A stretch of DNA of 64,000 bases from a bacterium (lineage in GTDB: Bacteria; Electryoneota; Electryoneia; Electryoneales; Electryoneaceae): assembly GCA_963675295.2 (NCBI GenBank), contig CAXXKJ010000002.1:2336001-2400000 (forward strand), given 5' to 3'. How positions within the stretch are numbered: the stretch's first letter is position 1; every line of letters begins with the position of its first letter. A model generated the notes under the pieces. That model was not told the DNA's origin. It did no database searches and saw only the letters and a list, made by a program, of their open reading frames with translations. Shown here one piece after another: positions 37,425-47,423 of the stretch. The position numbers were made by a program, and so were the translations under genes.

Positions 37425-37536
37425 GCTGCGGACTGCGGGCTACGGTCGGCGGTCACTGACCACAGACCACAGACCACTGAGTACCGAATACCGAATACCG
37501 AGTACCGAGTACCGAGTACCGAGCACCGTTTACCGA
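37425..37536. repeat. Heptamer arrays (GACCAC(A/T))n and (GA(A/G)TACC)n
   Basis: Seen directly. Confidence 0.8.
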
Positions 37537-37570
37537 CAACGTCCCGATCACCAACACTGACCGGACCCAC

Positions 37571-38758
37571 ATGCACGACGCTCTGATCCATTCCGACGCC
37601 GGCATTCTGTTTGTCCTCGCGGCCAACGCTGCGTTGTGGTTCTTCCTCGAAAAACGCACCGGCTGGAAGTTGTTCAACTTCATGCCGCCGTTGATCTTCA
37701 TCTACCTGCTGCCGGCGGTGTTCAGCAACACCGGCCTGATCTCCGGGCATTCGGAGGTGTACGGCTGGATGGGGGACAACATCCTGCCGATGTTCCTCGT
37801 GCTGCTGATGCTGGACGTTGACCTCAAGGCGACGATTCGTGTGATGGGCAAAGGTGTGTGGGTGATGCTGATCGGTACGCTCGGGGTTGTCATCGGCGCG
37901 CCGCTCGGGTTCCTCGCGGTGTCGCACTGGCTGCCGAGCGAAACGTGGATGGGCTACGCGATCCTCAGCGGGTCGTGGATCGGCGGCACGGGCAACATGG
38001 CGGCGGTGCAGAACGCCATCGACCCGACCGGCGAATTGACCGGCGGGCTGTTCGGGCTGGCGGTGATCGCGGACAATGTGGTGTACCTGGTCTGGCTGCC
38101 GTTGCTGCTGAACCTGAAACGTCTCGCGCCGATCTTCCATAAATTTACCGGCGTCACCGACCAGCACCTGGACAAGATGAAGGCGGCGGCGCAGGAGATG
38201 GTGGTCGAGAAGGGCAAGCCGGCGATGCGGGATTACCTCTACCTGATCGCGATCGGGATGGGGGCGACCTGGCTCGCGGCAACCCTGTCGAATTTGCTGC
38301 CGGTGGTCGAACCGGTACTGACGCCGGGCACGTACAAGATCCTGCTGGTGACAACGTTCGGGATCGCGTTGTCGTTCAGCCCGGCGAAGAAGATCCCGGG
38401 GTCGCACGAAATCGCGATGGCGCTGGTGTACCTGTTTGTCAGCCGGATGGGCGCAAAGACTGATGTCAGCGGGCTGGCGGGCATGGCGATTCCGTTTGTG
38501 GCGGGCGCGTACATCTGGATCTTCATCCACGGCGCGTTTATCTTGCTCGCGGCGAAACTGTTCAAGATCGACGTGCACACCAGCGCGATTGCCAGCGCGG
38601 CGAATATTGGCGGTGCGGCGAGCGCGCCGATTGTCGCGTCCTTCCACGACGAACGGCTGGTTCCAGTCTCGATCCTGATGGCGTTGATCGGGTACGCGGT
38701 CGGGAACTACGCGAGTCTGCTGCTGGTCCGGCCGCTGTTGATGCTGGTGGCGGGGTAG
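37571..38758 (+). CDS. DUF819 family membrane protein
   Basis: About 11 TM helices; GSWIGGTGNMAAV and ASAANIGGAASAP..A. Confidence 0.88.
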   Translation: MHDALIHSDAGILFVLAANAALWFFLEKRTGWKLFNFMPPLIFIYLLPAVFSNTGLISGHSEVYGWMGDNILPMFLVLLMLDVDLKATIRVMGKGVWVMLIGTLGVVIGAPLGFLAVSHWLPSETWMGYAILSGSWIGGTGNMAAVQNAIDPTGELTGGLFGLAVIADNVVYLVWLPLLLNLKRLAPIFHKFTGVTDQHLDKMKAAAQEMVVEKGKPAMRDYLYLIAIGMGATWLAATLSNLLPVVEPVLTPGTYKILLVTTFGIALSFSPAKKIPGSHEIAMALVYLFVSRMGAKTDVSGLAGMAIPFVAGAYIWIFIHGAFILLAAKLFKIDVHTSAIASAANIGGAASAPIVASFHDERLVPVSILMALIGYAVGNYASLLLVRPLLMLVAG

Positions 38759-38902
38759 CTGCACCTCATCAGATTGGCGGGAAGATGAGGTTTGTTTTAC
38801 CTTAGGGTCAATCGGACTACCGAACAGGAACAGACATCAGGCACGGGCCGCAGGGATGGAGCTGGTTTGAGGCTCTGTCCGGGTAACCATGGATAGGCTG
38901 CC

Positions 38903-39178
38903 ATGCACGACATCGGGGGTTTGTTTATGATGGACTTCATTTTCTGGGGATCGGCGATCCTGCTGGCGTTGGCGTTGTTCTTCTTCGTAATTGCGCCGTT
39001 GATCTTCAGTTCCGCGAAAGTGGTGTCGATGTACGCCGGGCTGCCGTTGCTGGCGTTGGCGTTGATCGTGGTCGGCTACAAGGTCGGCGGACCGGTGGGC
39101 TGGGTGATTGTGATCGCCGGTGTCGGGGTCGGGATCTACTCGTACATCTACTTCAAGGAGAAGTTGTACGAGGAATAG
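38903..39178 (+). CDS. Small hypothetical membrane protein
   Basis: Three hydrophobic segments; codon usage looks host-like. Confidence 0.55.
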   Translation: MHDIGGLFMMDFIFWGSAILLALALFFFVIAPLIFSSAKVVSMYAGLPLLALALIVVGYKVGGPVGWVIVIAGVGVGIYSYIYFKEKLYEE

Positions 39179-39207
39179 GACAGTCTCTCGTCTCTAGTCT
39201 CTCGGTG

Positions 39208-39428
39208 GTTCGCAACAGACGCAACAGACGCAACAGACGCAACAGACGCAAGAGACGCAAGAGACGCAACTGATGCAAAAGAAGTAACAGAAAGTAACAG
39301 AAAGTAAAAGACAGGAAAAGAAAGTAAGAGAAAGCAGAAGAAGCAAAACCACTGACCACTGACCACTGACCACTGACCACTGACCACTGACCACTAATTA
39401 CCGATTACCGATTACCGATTACCGCCAA
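39208..39428. repeat. Composite tandem array: (GACGCAA(C/G)A)n, A-rich decamers, (CCACTGA)n and (TTACCGA)n
   Basis: Seen directly; the ORFs called here translate these repeats. Confidence 0.9.
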
Positions 39429-39670
39429 CCGGCCTCCTGCAAAGCTCTCCCGAGTTGCGTAACGGCTGTGACAGTCCTACACTTCGCGCATGATCTCCCG
39501 CATGTAACATACCTCGCCGCCTGAGTTCACGACGGCCCAAGCTTCCACGGCGCAGTCCTGCGTCTGTGGGGTTCCTGTTTGCAGTACATTTTCTGGCGAA
39601 TCCGGTGTGTAAAACCGGAGGAACCGTGCTCCATGTGAGCAGATCCATCCATGTTGGGAGAGTTTACATC

Positions 39671-40519
39671 ATGTGTACATCGATAAATGGAGTGATACAG
39701 CATCAGTTCGACGCCTCAACGCTGTGGTCCGGGGCCTTCAAGATTCCGTGGCACGACCGTGAATTCGGACGGCGGATGCTGCGTGAACACCTGAGCCAGG
39801 ACCATCAGCTCGCCAGCAGGAAGGCGGAGATGATCGAAGGTCAGGTGGAGTGGATCGACCAGCATACCGGCGCGGGAACATCGCGCAACCTGCTCGACCT
39901 CGGCTGCGGGCCAGGGCTCTATGCGCGGGCATTCGCGGAACGTGGCTTCGAGTATCATGGCATCGACATCTCGCCGGTGTCGATTGAGTACGCGTGTGAA
40001 CAGTTCGCGGACGCCGGCACGTTTGCGGCGGCGGATATCCGTGACGCCGAGTTCGGGACGGACCGGGACGTGGTCTCGTTCATTTACGGCGAGTTCAACG
40101 TGTTCTCGGAGGCGGATGAGCGGCGGATTCTGCGGAAGGCGTGGGACGCGCTCAAGCCCGGCGGTCATCTGCTGATCGAGGTCCAGACGTACGATGCGGT
40201 GAAGGGCGTTGGCAGCCTGCCGCCATCATGGTATCGTGGCGGGGCAGGGGTAAGCGGCCTGTTTTCGGAGCAGCCGCACCTGGTGCTGATGGAAAATCAC
40301 TGGGTCGAGGAGGCCGAAACCGCAGTGCAGGAGTTTTTCGTGCTGCACGGCGGGTCCGAGTCCGAGATGCAGGTGTACCGGAATACCTCGAGTGCGATCA
40401 CCGATGATGTGATGGCGGCGATGCTACGCGAGTCCGGGTTTGCGGATGTGGCGTTTCCGTCGGATTGGCCGGTGCCGGATGAGGCGCTACGGCTGGTGGT
40501 GGCGCGGAAACAGCGGTAG
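39671..40519 (+). CDS. Class I SAM-dependent methyltransferase
   Basis: LLDLGCGPGLY, GIDIS and LKPGGHLLIE; N-terminal KIPW...RML.EHLSQ. Confidence 0.88.
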   Translation: MCTSINGVIQHQFDASTLWSGAFKIPWHDREFGRRMLREHLSQDHQLASRKAEMIEGQVEWIDQHTGAGTSRNLLDLGCGPGLYARAFAERGFEYHGIDISPVSIEYACEQFADAGTFAAADIRDAEFGTDRDVVSFIYGEFNVFSEADERRILRKAWDALKPGGHLLIEVQTYDAVKGVGSLPPSWYRGGAGVSGLFSEQPHLVLMENHWVEEAETAVQEFFVLHGGSESEMQVYRNTSSAITDDVMAAMLRESGFADVAFPSDWPVPDEALRLVVARKQR

Positions 40520-40556
40520 TCGGTTGTCGGTAATCGTTGCTCGGTAAACCAGTTGC

Positions 40557-40584
40557 GGGGACACTTTAGGGACAAAGTGTCCCC
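40557..40584. repeat. Palindrome of family D (GGGGACACTT...AAGTGTCCCC)
   Basis: Same 10-bp arms as 10006-10032. Confidence 0.6.
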
Positions 40585-40860
40585 GGCTTTGCTCACAGCT
40601 CATCCCTCATCGCTCAAAGCTGCTTTTCCACTTGTGAATTCCCTCTCAAGGGAGCACTGTCAATCTCGGTGTGAGTTGCCCGTGACAGGCGTTGTTCGTA
40701 CGTTTCGGCAAAATCCCCACCGTGTTCTGTTACCAATCATTCCCGTCCGCGTCAGGCTGTGAGCGGCTTCGGCACAGGGCGATCGTCAAAACGGTCCCTC
40801 AGTGCGTCGAAGCGAGTCATCGTGCGCTCTGCACGTGAACGGGCAAAAGGGAGATGTGAT

Positions 40861-42108
40861 ATGGCGATCGTGAAGCCATTTCCGGGCCTGCGCCCACGCA
40901 AGGATGTCGCCGCGAAGGTGGCAAGTCCGCCGTACGATGTGCTCAACTCTGAAGAAGCGCGTGAGATGGCCGCGGGAAACGAGATCAGTTTCCTGCATGT
41001 GAACAAGCCGGAAATCGACCTTCCGCCAGACACCGATCCCTACGATGACGCGGTCTACGCGCAGGGCCGTACGAACCTGCACAAGTTGATCGATGATGGC
41101 GTGCTCCATCGTGACAGCGAACCGTGCTTCTACCTCTACGCGCAGACTTGGGGCTATCACCGTCAGGTGGGCCTGGTCGCGGCAGCGAGTGTGCAGGAGT
41201 ATATCGACGACAAGATCAAGAAGCATGAGCAGACGCGGGAGAAGAAGGAACGCGACCGAGTCCGTCACATCGAGGCGTTGGGCGCGCAGGTTGGCCCGGT
41301 GTTCCTGACCTACAAAGCGAATCCGGACATCGACACGTTGTTCCGTACGATTCAGCAGGGCGAACCGGATTACGATTTCGAAGCCGATGACGGCATCCGT
41401 CACACGCTTTGGGTGGTCGGCAGCAAGAAGCGGATCGAGGCAATTTCGCAGATGTTCAGCAATGTGCCGCTGCTGTATGTCGCGGACGGTCACCATCGCA
41501 GCGCGGCGGCGACGATTGTCTGCCAGAAGCGTCGTGACGAACGGTCGACGTTCGATCCGATGGAGCCGTGGAACTTCTTCCTCAGCGTGATTTTCCCGCA
41601 TGATCAGATGAAGATCCTGCCGTACAACCGAGTTGTGCGTGACCTGAATGGGTTGTCGGAAACGGCGTTCATGGAAAAGGTGATGGAGAAGTTTGACGTC
41701 ATGGACTCGGCGAAGGGTGTCGAGCCGGAGGCGAACAAGCTGTTCGGGATGTACATGGACGGCAAGTGGTACAAGCTGGCGGCGAAGAAGGGCACGTTCG
41801 ATCCGGACGACGCGGTTAATAGCATCGACTCCGCGATTCTACAGAACAACCTGCTGCAGCCATTGCTCGGCATCGAGAATCCGCGTACCGACGAACGGAT
41901 CGATTTCGTCGGCGGCATCCGTGGCATCAAGGAGCTGGAGAAGCGGGTCAACAGCGGTGAGATGAAGGTGGCGTTCAGCCTGCACGCGACGACCATCGAG
42001 CAATTGATGAATGTCGCGGACGCCGGCAAAAACATGCCGCCGAAGTCGACGTGGTTCGAGCCGAAACTGCGCAGCGGGCTGGTGATTCACGAGATCGGGG
42101 ATCGGTGA
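40861..42108 (+). CDS. DUF1015 family protein
   Basis: SPPYDV, IKKHE.T, YVADGHHRSAAA and MPPKSTWFEPKLRSGL; adjacent to serC/serA as is typical. Confidence 0.92.
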   Translation: MAIVKPFPGLRPRKDVAAKVASPPYDVLNSEEAREMAAGNEISFLHVNKPEIDLPPDTDPYDDAVYAQGRTNLHKLIDDGVLHRDSEPCFYLYAQTWGYHRQVGLVAAASVQEYIDDKIKKHEQTREKKERDRVRHIEALGAQVGPVFLTYKANPDIDTLFRTIQQGEPDYDFEADDGIRHTLWVVGSKKRIEAISQMFSNVPLLYVADGHHRSAAATIVCQKRRDERSTFDPMEPWNFFLSVIFPHDQMKILPYNRVVRDLNGLSETAFMEKVMEKFDVMDSAKGVEPEANKLFGMYMDGKWYKLAAKKGTFDPDDAVNSIDSAILQNNLLQPLLGIENPRTDERIDFVGGIRGIKELEKRVNSGEMKVAFSLHATTIEQLMNVADAGKNMPPKSTWFEPKLRSGLVIHEIGDR

Positions 42109-42112
42109 GGGA

Positions 42113-42284
42113 AAGACAGTCTTCAGTAGTCAGTTCTCAGTGCTCAGTGAAAGACAGAAAAAGACAGTTCTGAGTGATGAGTAGTGAGTGGTGAGTAAAG
42201 ACGAAAGACGAAAGACAGTCCTGAGTCTTGAGTCCTGAGTCCTGAGCAGAAGACAAAGGACGAAAGACGAGCGACGAGAGACGG
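42113..42284 (+). repeat. Heptamer arrays including (GTCYT-GA)4 flanked by (AAGAC-GA)n
   Basis: Seen directly. Confidence 0.85.
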
Positions 42285-42365
42285 TTGTACGTCTTTGATG
42301 TTGACGGAAACCCAACGCAACGAAACGTAAGAGTTCGCATAAACCCCACAAATCGGGAGGCGGAG

Positions 42366-43463
42366 ATGGGCCTGAAATTTGATCGCGTGCACAACTACAA
42401 CGCGGGTCCGGCGGCGGTACCGCTGGAAGTGTTGGAACGTGTCAACGAGCAGTGGTTCAACTACCACGGCGCGGGCATGAACGTGATGGAAATGTCGCAC
42501 CGTTCGAAGGAATTCGACAAGATCCACAACGACACCATCTCGAAGGTACGTCAGCTGCTGAACATCGGCGAGGACTACCACGTGCTGTTCCTGCAGGGTG
42601 GCGCGAGCACGCAGTTCGGCATGATCCCGATGAACTTCCTCGGCGAAGGCGACACGGCGGATTACATCAACACCGGCACCTGGTCGACCAAGGCGATCAA
42701 GGAAGCGAAGCTGTTCGGCGACGTGAATGTGGCGTTCGACGGTAGCGAAGTCGACTTCATGAAGCTTCCGACGCAGGATGAGCTGAAGCTGACCGACGGC
42801 GCGCGGTATGTCCACATCACCAGCAACAACACGATCAAGGGCACGCAGTTCCGTGAGTTCCCGGACACGAACGGCGTTCCGCTGGTCTGCGACATGAGCT
42901 CGGACATCATGAGCCACCCGCTCGACATGAAGCCGTTCGGCATGATCTACGCCGGCGCGCAGAAGAACCTCGGCCCGTCCGGAGTGACGCTGGTCGTGAT
43001 GCGTGACGATTTCGCGAAGGGCGCGAATGAGGGTCTGACGACGATGCTGAAGTACCAGACCCACATCGACAAGAACTCGTTGTTCAACACCCCGCCGACC
43101 TTCGCCATCTACCTGATGGGTGAGGTGCTGCAGTGGGTGATCGACAATGGTGGTCTTGAGGGTATGGCGGCGCGTAACCAGAAGAAGGCCGACATGCTGT
43201 ACGGTTTCTTCAACGAGCACCCAGACTACTTCAAGTGCCCGGTCGCGGAAGACAGCCGCAGCTGGATGAATGTCTGCTTCCGTCTGCCGAACGAAGACCT
43301 CGAGGGCAAGATGATCGCCGAGGCGACGCGGAACGGCTTCGTCGGCATGAAGGGTCACCGTAGCGTCGGTGGTTTGCGCATCTCGATGTACAACGCGGCC
43401 CCGCCGGAGAGCATCGAAGCGGTGATCGCGTTCATGAAGGACTTCATGACGCATAACGGATAA
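42366..43463 (+). CDS. serC: Phosphoserine aminotransferase
   Basis: NYNAGPA, EMSHRS, FLQGGAS, DMSS, YAGAQKNLGPSG, NTPP and GHRSVGGLR.S.YNA. Confidence 0.97.
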   Translation: MGLKFDRVHNYNAGPAAVPLEVLERVNEQWFNYHGAGMNVMEMSHRSKEFDKIHNDTISKVRQLLNIGEDYHVLFLQGGASTQFGMIPMNFLGEGDTADYINTGTWSTKAIKEAKLFGDVNVAFDGSEVDFMKLPTQDELKLTDGARYVHITSNNTIKGTQFREFPDTNGVPLVCDMSSDIMSHPLDMKPFGMIYAGAQKNLGPSGVTLVVMRDDFAKGANEGLTTMLKYQTHIDKNSLFNTPPTFAIYLMGEVLQWVIDNGGLEGMAARNQKKADMLYGFFNEHPDYFKCPVAEDSRSWMNVCFRLPNEDLEGKMIAEATRNGFVGMKGHRSVGGLRISMYNAAPPESIEAVIAFMKDFMTHNG

Positions 43464-43468
43464 AAAGC

Positions 43469-43558
43469 GGGCTATGGGCTGTAGGCTATAGGCTATGGGC
43501 TGTAGGCTATGGGCTATGGGCTGTAGGCTATGGGCAACTGGCTGTGGGCCATAGGCTT
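43469..43558. repeat. Heptamer array (GGCT(A/G)T(A/G))n
   Basis: About 10 tandem units between serC and serA. Confidence 0.85.
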
Positions 43559-43580
43559 GACCGCTGGTAGACAACAGATT

Positions 43581-43607
43581 GTCATCCTGAACGCAGTGAA
43601 GGATCTC
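43581..43607. repeat. REP-like element related to family C
   Basis: GTCATCCTGAACGCAGTGAAGGATCTC. Confidence 0.55.
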
Positions 43608-43647
43608 GGTGTTCGGGATGATGCAAGATGATAGAGGAGTGGAAACG

Positions 43648-44562
43648 ATGGCGAAGATTCTCGTCAACGACGGCATTTCGAAGCAGGGCGAGCAGATCCT
43701 GCGTGACGGTGGCCACGAGGTCGAAATGACCAAGGTCGAGCAGGATAATCTGCTGGCCGAGCTTCCGAATTTCGACGCGATCCTGGTGCGTAGCGCGACC
43801 AAGGTCCGCACCGAGCACATTGATGCGTCCCCGAACCTGAAGCTGATCGGCCGTGGCGGCGTCGGCCTCGACAACATCGATGTCGATCACGCCAAGTCGA
43901 AGGGTATTGAAGTTGTGAACACCCCGGCGGCATCGTCGGACAGTGTCGCCGAGCTGGTGCTGATGCACATGTTCAACCTTGCGCGTTTCGGCCATGCGGC
44001 GAACGTGACTCTCCGCAAGGGCGAGTGGAACAAGAAGCAGTACAAGGGCATCGAGCTGGCCGGCCGTACGCTCGGCATCGTCGGTTTCGGCCGTATTGGC
44101 CAGAGCCTCGGCCGCAAGGCGGTGGCGTTGGGTATGAAGGTTGTCGCGTACGATGTGGTCGATGTCAAGGTTGATTATGATGCTACGATCACGACGTCGA
44201 TGGACGACGTGCTGGCGGCGGCGGACTTTGTCAGCGTGCACGTGCCGAACAAGAACTTCCTCGAGATGAAGGCGGAGCACTTCAACAAGATGAAGGACGG
44301 CGCGTACATCATCAATTGCGCCCGTGGTGGCGTGTTGAACGAGGCGGACCTGCTTACGGCGTTGAACAGCGGCAAGCTGGCCGGTGCCGGTCTCGACACG
44401 TACGACAACGAACCGACCCCGAACGCCGACCTGCTGAATCACCCGAATGTGTCCTGCACGCCGCATATCGGTGCGGCGACGACGGACGCTCAGGGTCGAG
44501 TCGGGCTCGAGTTGGCGACGAAGGTGGTCAATTTTTTCGCCGGTAAGGGTGCTGTTGCGTGA
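43648..44562 (+). CDS. serA: D-3-phosphoglycerate dehydrogenase, short form without ACT domain
   Basis: VRSATKV, RGGVGLDNID, GIVGFGRIG, INCARGG and TPHIGAAT; next to serC. Confidence 0.88.
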   Translation: MAKILVNDGISKQGEQILRDGGHEVEMTKVEQDNLLAELPNFDAILVRSATKVRTEHIDASPNLKLIGRGGVGLDNIDVDHAKSKGIEVVNTPAASSDSVAELVLMHMFNLARFGHAANVTLRKGEWNKKQYKGIELAGRTLGIVGFGRIGQSLGRKAVALGMKVVAYDVVDVKVDYDATITTSMDDVLAAADFVSVHVPNKNFLEMKAEHFNKMKDGAYIINCARGGVLNEADLLTALNSGKLAGAGLDTYDNEPTPNADLLNHPNVSCTPHIGAATTDAQGRVGLELATKVVNFFAGKGAVA

Positions 44563-44589
44563 TGAAGTGGCGCGTAAGTAGATGAAAAC

Positions 44590-44626
44590 AAAGCACGTAG
44601 GGGTTGTAACTCCTGCGTGCTTTTTT
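44590..44626 (+). terminator. Intrinsic terminator
   Basis: AAAGCACGTAGGGG...CTCCTGCGTGC followed by TTTTTT. Confidence 0.8.
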
Positions 44627-44727
44627 GGTTTCGAGGAGAGGCAAAAATTTTCAAGATGTGACTTGGATAACACGCAAATCAGAAATGTAAGTCTTACCTT
44701 ACCCGCGGGTGTGTTAACAAACAGGTC

Positions 44728-46962
44728 ATGAAACTGGAGTACGGAACTGTGAAGAAATTTGTCATTGCATCACTGCTCCTGCTGCTCGCTGTTGGAATGG
44801 CGTACAGCGAGGACGTAACGGATTACGCGAAACTGGAACAGCTGCGGGCGGAATTTGAAGCTCGTTATGAATCCTGGCGTGGTCCTGCATGGGAAGCCGC
44901 ACGGCAAGCGACCACTGGTTTTTACGGCGAGATCAACGCCAACCCGGATGCTGAGTTGATCGGTATCGACGAAGCCGGCAACCCGATCATTTACTACACC
45001 GACAACTACAACGCGGGGTTGAGCACCCGCACCAACCGTGTGCAGCCGGGCGGATCGTCAGGTTTTGATTTGAACGGTTCAACGATTAGCCGTCTATACC
45101 ACTGGGACAGCAGCACCGCGAACTCCGGCCATCCGGAATTCAGCGGCCGGATTGTCAACGTGGACGGTGGCAGCAGCACGCAGAACCACGCGAACCACAC
45201 CGCCGGCACGATGATGGCGTCCGGCGTGAACGGTTCGGCGAAGGGCATGTCGATCGGCGCGACGTTGTACACCTGCAACTGGAACAACGACGAATCCGAA
45301 ATGTCGACGGCTGGCGCGAACGGCGCGAAGGTGTCTTCGCACTCGTACCACTCCGGCAGCGGCTACGGCGGTTACCTGCAGCGCGCGCGTGACTACGACC
45401 TCGTGGCGAATGCCGCTCCGTACTACCTGATTTTCCTCTCCGCGGGTAACGCGGGTTCTGGTTGGGATTCGATCAACAGCAGCAACTCGGCCAAGAACGC
45501 GGTGGTTTGCGGTGCGGCGAACGACGTGCCGAACTACACCGGTCCCGGCAGCGTGTCGATCGCGAGCTTCAGCTCGGTCGGTCCGTGCGACGATGATCGC
45601 ATCAAGCCGGACATCGTCGGTAACGGCGTTGATGTCTACAGCTGCTCCTACACGTCCTACACCACCATGTCCGGTACCTCGATGTCGACTCCGAACTGCT
45701 CGGGCTCGGCGTTCCTGATCTACGAACAGTATTACCAGACGCACGGCAACACGTATCCGTGGGCGTCCACGGTCAAGGCCACGATCATTCACACCGCGCT
45801 CGAGTGCGGTAGCTGGGATGGTCCGGACTATCGTTTCGGTTGGGGCCTGATGGATACCGAAGGCGCTTGTGAACTGGTCGAATACGATGGTACGATCGAT
45901 GATGGCGCGATCACCGAACGTTACCTGATCAACAGCCAGACGTACGAAGAAGTTCTCAACGCGACCGGCGGCGAGCCGCTGCGTGTGACGATTGTCTGGA
46001 ACGATCCGGCGGCACCGGCCAATGCGGGTACGACGCTGATCAACGACCTCGACATTCGTTTGACGAACCTGAACACGAATGAAGTCGAGATGCCGTGGGT
46101 GCTGAATGGTAGCACCTCGAACCCGGCGTCCCAGGGCGACAACACCGCGGACAACGTGGAGCAGATTTACATCGCGTCCCCGACGGCCAATACGCCCTAC
46201 CAGTTGGTCGTTTCGCACAAGAACAACCTTCAGGGTGCGGACCAGGCGTACAGCTTGATCATCACCGGCGCGACCACAGGTGAGATGCCGGAAGCAACTC
46301 TGGCGTTGGATCCGGTGTTCTGGTACATCGCTCCGCAGGGCGGTCCGCTGCGCTACAACGTGGACTTCGCATATTACGGCGACAACCCGGTTCCGGGTTC
46401 GTCCTATTGGGTGGACGTGGTTCTGCCGAATGGCAACAACTACGGTCCGTTGTTCCAGTACAACTTCACGCTGCAGCCGGGTCAGACGATCTCGACCACG
46501 CTGACGCACCAGATTCCGGGTTATGCTCCGACCGGTAGCTATGACATCATCGGCAAGGTTGGCACATATCCGGGTACGGTGATCGTGTCGGATCAGTTCG
46601 AGATGATCAAGCTCGGTAACGGCCCGGATCAGGGTGACGGCTCGTGGCCGGAGGATGCGGAAGTGATGACGACCGGCAGCTTCGAACAGCTTCCGGACAC
46701 GTATCAGTTGAGCTCCGTGTATCCGAACCCGTTCAACCCGACCACGTCATTCTCGCTGCAGCTGCCGGAAGCGGCTCAGGTTTCGATCCAGGTCTACAAC
46801 GTGCGCGGCCAGCTGGTCAGCACGATTGCGGACGGACAGATCTCGGCGGGCAACCATCAGTTCACGTTCGATGGCGCGAACCTTTCGGCGGGTGTGTATT
46901 TCCTGCGCGCGAGTGTTCCGGGCCAGATGAACGAGTTCCGCAAGATGGCGCTGGTGAAGTAA
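44728..46962 (+). CDS. S8 subtilase-family serine peptidase with T9SS type A CTD
   Basis: Triad segments HWDSS, HANHTAGTM and SGTSMSTP; SAGN, IKPDIVG; YPNPFNP CTD. Confidence 0.92.
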   Translation: MKLEYGTVKKFVIASLLLLLAVGMAYSEDVTDYAKLEQLRAEFEARYESWRGPAWEAARQATTGFYGEINANPDAELIGIDEAGNPIIYYTDNYNAGLSTRTNRVQPGGSSGFDLNGSTISRLYHWDSSTANSGHPEFSGRIVNVDGGSSTQNHANHTAGTMMASGVNGSAKGMSIGATLYTCNWNNDESEMSTAGANGAKVSSHSYHSGSGYGGYLQRARDYDLVANAAPYYLIFLSAGNAGSGWDSINSSNSAKNAVVCGAANDVPNYTGPGSVSIASFSSVGPCDDDRIKPDIVGNGVDVYSCSYTSYTTMSGTSMSTPNCSGSAFLIYEQYYQTHGNTYPWASTVKATIIHTALECGSWDGPDYRFGWGLMDTEGACELVEYDGTIDDGAITERYLINSQTYEEVLNATGGEPLRVTIVWNDPAAPANAGTTLINDLDIRLTNLNTNEVEMPWVLNGSTSNPASQGDNTADNVEQIYIASPTANTPYQLVVSHKNNLQGADQAYSLIITGATTGEMPEATLALDPVFWYIAPQGGPLRYNVDFAYYGDNPVPGSSYWVDVVLPNGNNYGPLFQYNFTLQPGQTISTTLTHQIPGYAPTGSYDIIGKVGTYPGTVIVSDQFEMIKLGNGPDQGDGSWPEDAEVMTTGSFEQLPDTYQLSSVYPNPFNPTTSFSLQLPEAAQVSIQVYNVRGQLVSTIADGQISAGNHQFTFDGANLSAGVYFLRASVPGQMNEFRKMALVK

Positions 46963-46966
46963 AGCA

Positions 46967-47024
46967 GTCTTGAGTCTTGAGTCCTGAGTCTTGAGTAAAA
47001 GACAAGAGACGAAAGACGGAAGAC
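46967..47024 (+). repeat. Fold-back heptamer array (GTCYT-GA)4 / (RAGAC-RR)4
   Basis: Seen directly, just after the stop codon. Confidence 0.8.
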
Positions 47025-47077
47025 GACACAACGAAACACGGTCATTGACTCAGACATGAGTCTTTGCGTGGAATGAT

Positions 47078-47111
47078 AGCCCGGCGAGGCGTTGCTTCGC
47101 CGGGCTTTTTT
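47078..47111 (+). terminator. Intrinsic terminator
   Basis: AGCCCGGCGAGGC-GTT-GCTTCGCCGGGCT followed by TTTTT. Confidence 0.8.
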
Positions 47112-47286
47112 GCGTATAGTTGTCGCCTGTTCGAGCCGGATTGGTGCCGGTCTCGCTTGGTCCCTTGATCTCTTGACAGTCGATTCCGGTTCCACGTACC
47201 TTCGGGTCTGTGCGTACCTGCGGCCTTGGTTTTCGGGGCTGCGTTTTTTGTGGCATCTTGAGTCCCGGGTGACGCATGGAGGTTTG

Positions 47287-47360
47287 CGGGGCGTGGCGCA
47301 GTCCGGTAGCGCACCTGCTTTGGGAGCAGGGGGTCGCTGGTTCGAATCCAGTCGCCCCGA
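47287..47360 (+). tRNA. tRNA-Pro(TGG)
   Basis: Cloverleaf CGGGGCG...CGCCCCG-A; anticodon arm CCTGC-TTTGGGA-GCAGG; TTCGAAT T-loop. Confidence 0.95.
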
Positions 47361-47423
47361 CCGGGTGCGGCGGGAGCTGGTGACCGTCGGCCAAGACAAG
47401 CGCGGCGCGACCCGCGGCGGAAT

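Noticed and set aside
37425-37536. Tandem arrays as possible CRISPR
   Set aside because: Units are 7-10 nt with no unique spacers, and no cas genes are present.
39148-39394. ORFs such as MVSGQWSVVSGQW
   Set aside because: They are translations of heptamer/nonamer repeats and are open in several frames.
40620-40860. Possible structured leader before DUF1015-serC-serA
   Set aside because: No recognisable riboswitch or T-box consensus by eye.
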